This document shows positions 45,001-48,294 of a stretch of 48,294 bases of DNA, piece after piece. Within the stretch, counting starts at the first letter, position 1; each line of letters opens with the position of its first letter. The stretch comes from Nemertoderma westbladi (Eukaryota; Animalia; Xenacoelomorpha). The position numbers and the translations under genes are program-made. The notes under the pieces are model-generated. The model was given only the letters and a program-made list of their open reading frames with translations. It did not search any database and was not told the origin of the DNA. The DNA is taken from contig JAUCBJ010000716.1 of the NCBI GenBank assembly GCA_032718475.1, positions 1 to 48,294 on the forward strand, given 5' to 3'.

Positions 45001-45344
45001 CAATATACAAGAGAATCTAGGAATTTATAGAAGGGGAGAAGAATACAATATAGAAGAGAATCTAGGAATTTATAGAAGGGGAGAAGAATACAATATACAA
45101 GAGAATCTAGGAACTTATAGAAGGGGAGAAGAATACAATATACAAGAGAATCTAAGAATTTATAGAAGGGGAGAAGAATACAATATACAAGAGAATCTAG
45201 GAATTTATAGAAGGGGAGAAGAATACAATATACAAGAGAATCTAGGAATTTATAGAAGGGGAGAAGAATACAATATACAAGATAATCTAGGAATTTATAG
45301 AAGGGGAGAAGAATACAATATACAAGATAATCTAGGAATTTATA
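1..45344. repeat. 45-bp tandem satellite/minisatellite array (~1008 copies), truncated by the left window edge
   Basis: Monomer GAATACAATATACAAGAGAATCTAGGAATTTATAGAAGGGGAGAA in exact 45-bp phase from 1 to 42345 (941 units). Then one 40-bp unit (42346-42385), 65 full units (42386-45310) and a 34-bp partial unit ending ...GGAATTTATA at 45344. Monomer composition is A22 G11 T9 C3 (73% purine on +, 31% GC, no CpG). Copies differ from consensus by about 0-2 substitutions. Confidence 0.99.
33841..36675. repeat. Higher-order duplication within the satellite, period 33 monomers (1485 bp)
   Basis: The order of variant monomers starting at 33841 recurs 1485 bp later at 35326. For example, the GGGAAGAATAATAC junctions at units 33841 and 34246 recur at 35326 and 35731, followed by a nearly identical 21-unit variant string. 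Confidence 0.8.
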
Positions 45345-45386
45345 TTGTAATCGAATGAGTTTAAAATTGAATTGGCTACGATATAT

Positions 45387-45392
45387 TTTATT
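45387..45392 (-). terminator. Candidate polyadenylation signal AATAAA (distal) for the USP6NL-like gene
   Basis: TTTATT on + equals AATAAA on -, about 310 nt downstream of the stop codon and about 43 nt before the satellite. Motif only; the region is AT-rich. Confidence 0.4.
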
Positions 45393-45585
45393 GTCTCTTG
45401 ACTGTGTAATGTAGCGGCCCGGACGTAACGTAACAGACGAGGAAGAAGATAAAAAAAATAGGAATATTTTACATCAATTCATAATGACAGATGAATCAAT
45501 CCAAATATCTATCTATACACTAAATTTGTGACGCTTTAAACGCCAATGAATATATTTAAACACCCAGATATAATATCGAAATAAA

Positions 45586-45591
45586 TTTATT
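45586..45591 (-). terminator. Candidate polyadenylation signal AATAAA (proximal)
   Basis: TTTATT on + equals AATAAA on -, about 110 nt downstream of the stop codon. Motif only. Confidence 0.35.
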
Positions 45592-45701
45592 ATATACCTA
45601 AAATTTGTTAACTAAAATAATAAAAATTGTAGTTAAAAGCGGCATGCGGGCAGCAACATGACTAGAGCAATGGTGGCTATACTGGCGTCAATGTAACGCA
45701 G

Positions 45702-48008
45702 TTATAGTAGCACTTCAGTGCGGGAGGAATTACCGACAGGGCGAAACGGCGACGGAGGGTCAGGGAGAATGGGAAGGGCTTTATTAGTGTCACTGTTGGG
45801 AGGAGGAGGGGCGGGGGGAGACCCGGTGTACGGGAGGCGGTGCAACGCCGCCCTATCCGAGCCGGCGAGCCGCGAGGAGTCCGGCCGCGGACTGGTCCGA
45901 CTCGGGGGGTTCCTCGGGGGCAGGTTGGGCCCGGACCCGGAGCTGGTGATGCTGCCAGCTCGCTGAGTCCGGCGGTACGTGTTGGCGGGGGACGGACTGA
46001 TGTAGCCCTCCAGCGGCGGCGCCACCACGCTGGTGGACTGGCGGCGCCAGACCCCGGATGTCTCCAGTTCGTCGTTTAACGCCCCTTGCGGGTCGAACGT
46101 CGACGTCGGATTCATGTTGGGGGCGGAGATCCGGTTGGGGTTGGCGGCGCCTCGCGGTCGCGACTTGGCGGGTTCCGTGTCCGCCCGGACCCGGTCCGAC
46201 GGCGGCACAGAGTAGCGGTTGGATCGCGAGTTACCCGGGACGCTGCCTTCCCCGACCACAGTGCGAGAGGCGTCGGCGAAGGGGGAGAGCGAGGGTGGGA
46301 CGGTGGGGACCACCCAGAGGGGGACGCTGGATGGACGAACCGGGTGGAACGCGGTGGAGTGCAGGTCCGATACGATGTGGGTGGGCGGGGTAGACCCGCG
46401 GGTCGGTGTGGTAGACCCGCGGGTCGGTGTGGCAGACCCGCGGGTCGGTGTGGCAGACCCGCGGGGCGGTGCATCCCCCGCCAACGTCGCCACGCTCCCT
46501 TCCAACGACCCGGGGACCCCAACCAAACTCCCCTTCGGGGTTTCCGTGTGGTTCGAATTGGAACTAAGGTCGTCTATACTGGTACACGGTAGAGGCAGAC
46601 TATCGATGGATTCCCGGTAGCTGCTGTCGGTAGTCACGGAACTACCCCCGTCCACGCCGACGTCTACAATGTAACTATCGCTACGGGAACTGCGTTGGTC
46701 CGTCGACATACTGTCCGTCTGTCTGTGAATCCGTGAGTCGGTTGAGAGGGAGTTCCCTATGGGTCTGTAGGTCCCAATCCCCGGCACTATGCCGCCGTCC
46801 GCTCGACTGATGCTGTTACGCGATCGGCCCCCTCGCAGACGTGGGAATTCCTTCGCCGTGGCTCGGGGCGGCAGATGCAACTTCTTCCCGATCAGCTCGG
46901 CCATGCAGTTGCGCAACTCCTCGATAGCGAGGTCGTCGGTGCAACCGAAATCCCGAGCGATCTTATCCTGAAGGTAACTCCAGATGTTATCCGAGGAGAG
47001 CCGCAGTAAATGCCGTCTGTGCATCTTTAGTATGCAGTAGGACATGGATACCAGCAGACGGTCTCCTTCCAGCATGTAAATATCCCACAATCGGAGCGCC
47101 AATGAGAAGGGAACTCGGTTGAGGAAACAGTTAAAGAACCACGGAGTGGAGAACAGGTTCGCTTTGATGTCGTTCTTGTCCATGTGTTTGAAGAGTTTTG
47201 GTATCATCTTCTTGATGATGTGGTCGAGATGGCTCTGGAAGCGTACGAGTTTGGGGAGTCCTTCCACGAAGAAACCGTGCATACCGTGAATTCTGCTGTC
47301 GGTGAACAGGGCGCTCAAGGCCCAGAAGATGTCCTCCTCGCCGTGCACGTAGATGGCCATCAACGCGACGACCGCGCTCATCCCCTGGCAGTAGGCGACC
47401 TCCTCGTTGAACACCGAGTAGGCCGTGAGCACGTTGAATATAATCTGCTGCCGACTGCCGTAGCGATCCCGGTACATGTGGTGGGTGGGGAAGGTGCGGT
47501 GGATGTCCACGTCAATCTGTCGGACCACCGCGGGATCCTGTCCCCGCGCGCGATTCTTCATCCGCTGATAAAGACCCGGACTCTCCAGTTTCTTAGTCTC
47601 CGTATCTAACAGTAGCAACCAAGCGGAACCACGAAGAGCGTTAGGAATCCCCTTGTAAATACGATTTTTTAATTTATCAGAATTCTTAAATTTAGGCCAG
47701 TTGTCTGGTCGTAACATTTTACACCATTTCTGGACTCTTCTCGTAACCTCGTTGGCTTTCGTTTTAGAGTCTCTCCCGTTGTATATCGGGCTGGAGGTTT
47801 CGGGCTTCAGCAGAAATCCGTGCTCGTCTATCTTACTCGCTTCTTTCTCTATCTCGTTGATCTCGAGATCGACCTCGTACGGATCCATTCGGCTCCCGGT
47901 ACGACCTCGATCGTATCGCCCAAACGTGGCATCGCGTTCTGCTACGTGCTCCGCCTTGTAGACCTCCCTGTCGGAGTCGGAGTAGTTAGATGACTGCGAC
48001 GGGTGCAT
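45702..48008 (-). CDS. USP6NL: USP6 N-terminal-like (RN-tre) TBC-domain Rab GTPase-activating protein, single coding exon, 768 aa from the first ATG
   Basis: N-terminal ~390 aa match the USP6NL/RN-tre family as I recall it (ERxxxxxxYDRGR, D-x-x-GFL, KWxKML, RIYKGIP-x-x-LRG-x-x-W, MHGFFVxGxPKLxRFQ, LRxWDIY-x-x-EG). Both TBC catalytic motifs are intact: IxxDxxR (IDVDIHRT, Arg codon 47496-47498) and YxQ (YCQG, Gln codon 47385-47387). A Ser/Pro-rich low-complexity tail follows. The ORF track starts at a GTG (48017), but the first ATG is at 48008 with A at -3. An in-frame TAA lies upstream at 48042-48044, and the stop TAA is at 45702-45704. Confidence 0.93.
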   Translation of the reverse strand: MHPSQSSNYSDSDREVYKAEHVAERDATFGRYDRGRTGSRMDPYEVDLEINEIEKEASKIDEHGFLLKPETSSPIYNGRDSKTKANEVTRRVQKWCKMLRPDNWPKFKNSDKLKNRIYKGIPNALRGSAWLLLLDTETKKLESPGLYQRMKNRARGQDPAVVRQIDVDIHRTFPTHHMYRDRYGSRQQIIFNVLTAYSVFNEEVAYCQGMSAVVALMAIYVHGEEDIFWALSALFTDSRIHGMHGFFVEGLPKLVRFQSHLDHIIKKMIPKLFKHMDKNDIKANLFSTPWFFNCFLNRVPFSLALRLWDIYMLEGDRLLVSMSYCILKMHRRHLLRLSSDNIWSYLQDKIARDFGCTDDLAIEELRNCMAELIGKKLHLPPRATAKEFPRLRGGRSRNSISRADGGIVPGIGTYRPIGNSLSTDSRIHRQTDSMSTDQRSSRSDSYIVDVGVDGGSSVTTDSSYRESIDSLPLPCTSIDDLSSNSNHTETPKGSLVGVPGSLEGSVATLAGDAPPRGSATPTRGSATPTRGSTTPTRGSTPPTHIVSDLHSTAFHPVRPSSVPLWVVPTVPPSLSPFADASRTVVGEGSVPGNSRSNRYSVPPSDRVRADTEPAKSRPRGAANPNRISAPNMNPTSTFDPQGALNDELETSGVWRRQSTSVVAPPLEGYISPSPANTYRRTQRAGSITSSGSGPNLPPRNPPSRTSPRPDSSRLAGSDRAALHRLPYTGSPPAPPPPNSDTNKALPILPDPPSPFRPVGNSSRTEVLL
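46390..46471. repeat. 21-bp in-frame tandem repeat (~3.9 copies) inside the CDS, encoding (PTRGS[A/T]T)n
   Basis: G(T/C)AGACCCGCGGGTCGGTGTG at 46390, 46411 and 46432, plus a diverged partial copy at 46453. The protein reads PPRGSATPTRGSATPTRGSTTPTRGSTPP. Confidence 0.95.
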
Positions 48009-48228
48009 TTTCGCCACAATAGTTGGTGGGAGGATAACCGCTTAGCAGATTAGAAAAGAAAACAAGCATAGCTTCGGATATCATATATTAATATTAAACT
48101 TAAACATAATTGCAAATCCCAAATACAAATTACCGGTACTGAACTAACAAGATGTATAAGATTGACTATGAATCCTACGGAGACAGCTACAATGTAGCCC
48201 AATGTTGCCGTTACAGGGTTAGGCTCTG

Positions 48229-48255
48229 CTGCCTAATTATTTATACTGCCTAATT
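48229..48255 (-). promoter_or_regulatory. Possible core promoter: TATAAATA between two CTGCCTAATT direct repeats
   Basis: The minus strand reads TATAAATA at 48245-48238, about 230 nt upstream of the ATG. The 10-mer CTGCCTAATT occurs at 48229-48238 and 48246-48255. No transcript evidence. Confidence 0.2.
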
Positions 48256-48294
48256 CAGTAATTCTGTATCGGTACGGTACAACATGTTAAAGGA

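Noticed and set aside
1-45344. CRISPR array
   Set aside because: Units are contiguous with no unique spacers, no cas genes are present, and the context is eukaryotic.
1-45344. Canonical telomerase-type telomere
   Set aside because: The monomer is 45 bp with no TTAGGG-like unit, and the G-richer strand runs toward the unique DNA rather than toward the presumed end. A non-canonical terminal satellite is not excluded.
45439-45470. Degenerate ancestral monomer in the flank (GGAAGAAGAT...TAGGAAT)
   Set aside because: Only short purine-rich words are shared and the spacing differs, which is compatible with chance.
45718-47961. Short ORFs in the track (plus strand, and minus 46112-46522)
   Set aside because: All overlap the USP6NL-like CDS in GC-rich sequence and show no recognisable domains, so they are shadow ORFs.
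48009-48017. GTG start giving 771 aa
   Set aside because: For a eukaryotic gene, the ATG three codons downstream with A at -3 is the more plausible start.
48186-48223. Small hairpin GCTACA-A-TGTAGC and an AGGGTTAGG telomere-like word
   Set aside because: Both are too short to distinguish from chance, and there is no tRNA or other ncRNA fold.

Overview
The window has two parts. (1) Bases 1-45344 are one uninterrupted head-to-tail array of a 45-bp purine-rich monomer (GAATACAATATACAAGAGAATCTAGGAATTTATAGAAGGGGAGAA; about 1008 copies). The array runs off the left edge, carries a small recurring set of single-base variants, shows local higher-order duplications and has a single 5-bp deletion near 42350. 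(2) About 2.9 kb of unique eukaryotic, probably animal, sequence contains an intronless minus-strand gene for a USP6NL/RN-tre-like TBC-domain Rab-GAP, whose 3' end points into the array. Points worth a second look: a minus-strand reading frame through the array that no observed substitution closes, a fold-back inverted repeat at the array/unique junction, layered variant polarity, and a palindromic 21-bp coding repeat that builds CDK-type sites into the GAP tail. I see no CRISPR array, RNA gene or transposase. I cannot claim a new system from sequence alone, and array length and homogeneity may be partly assembly artefacts.
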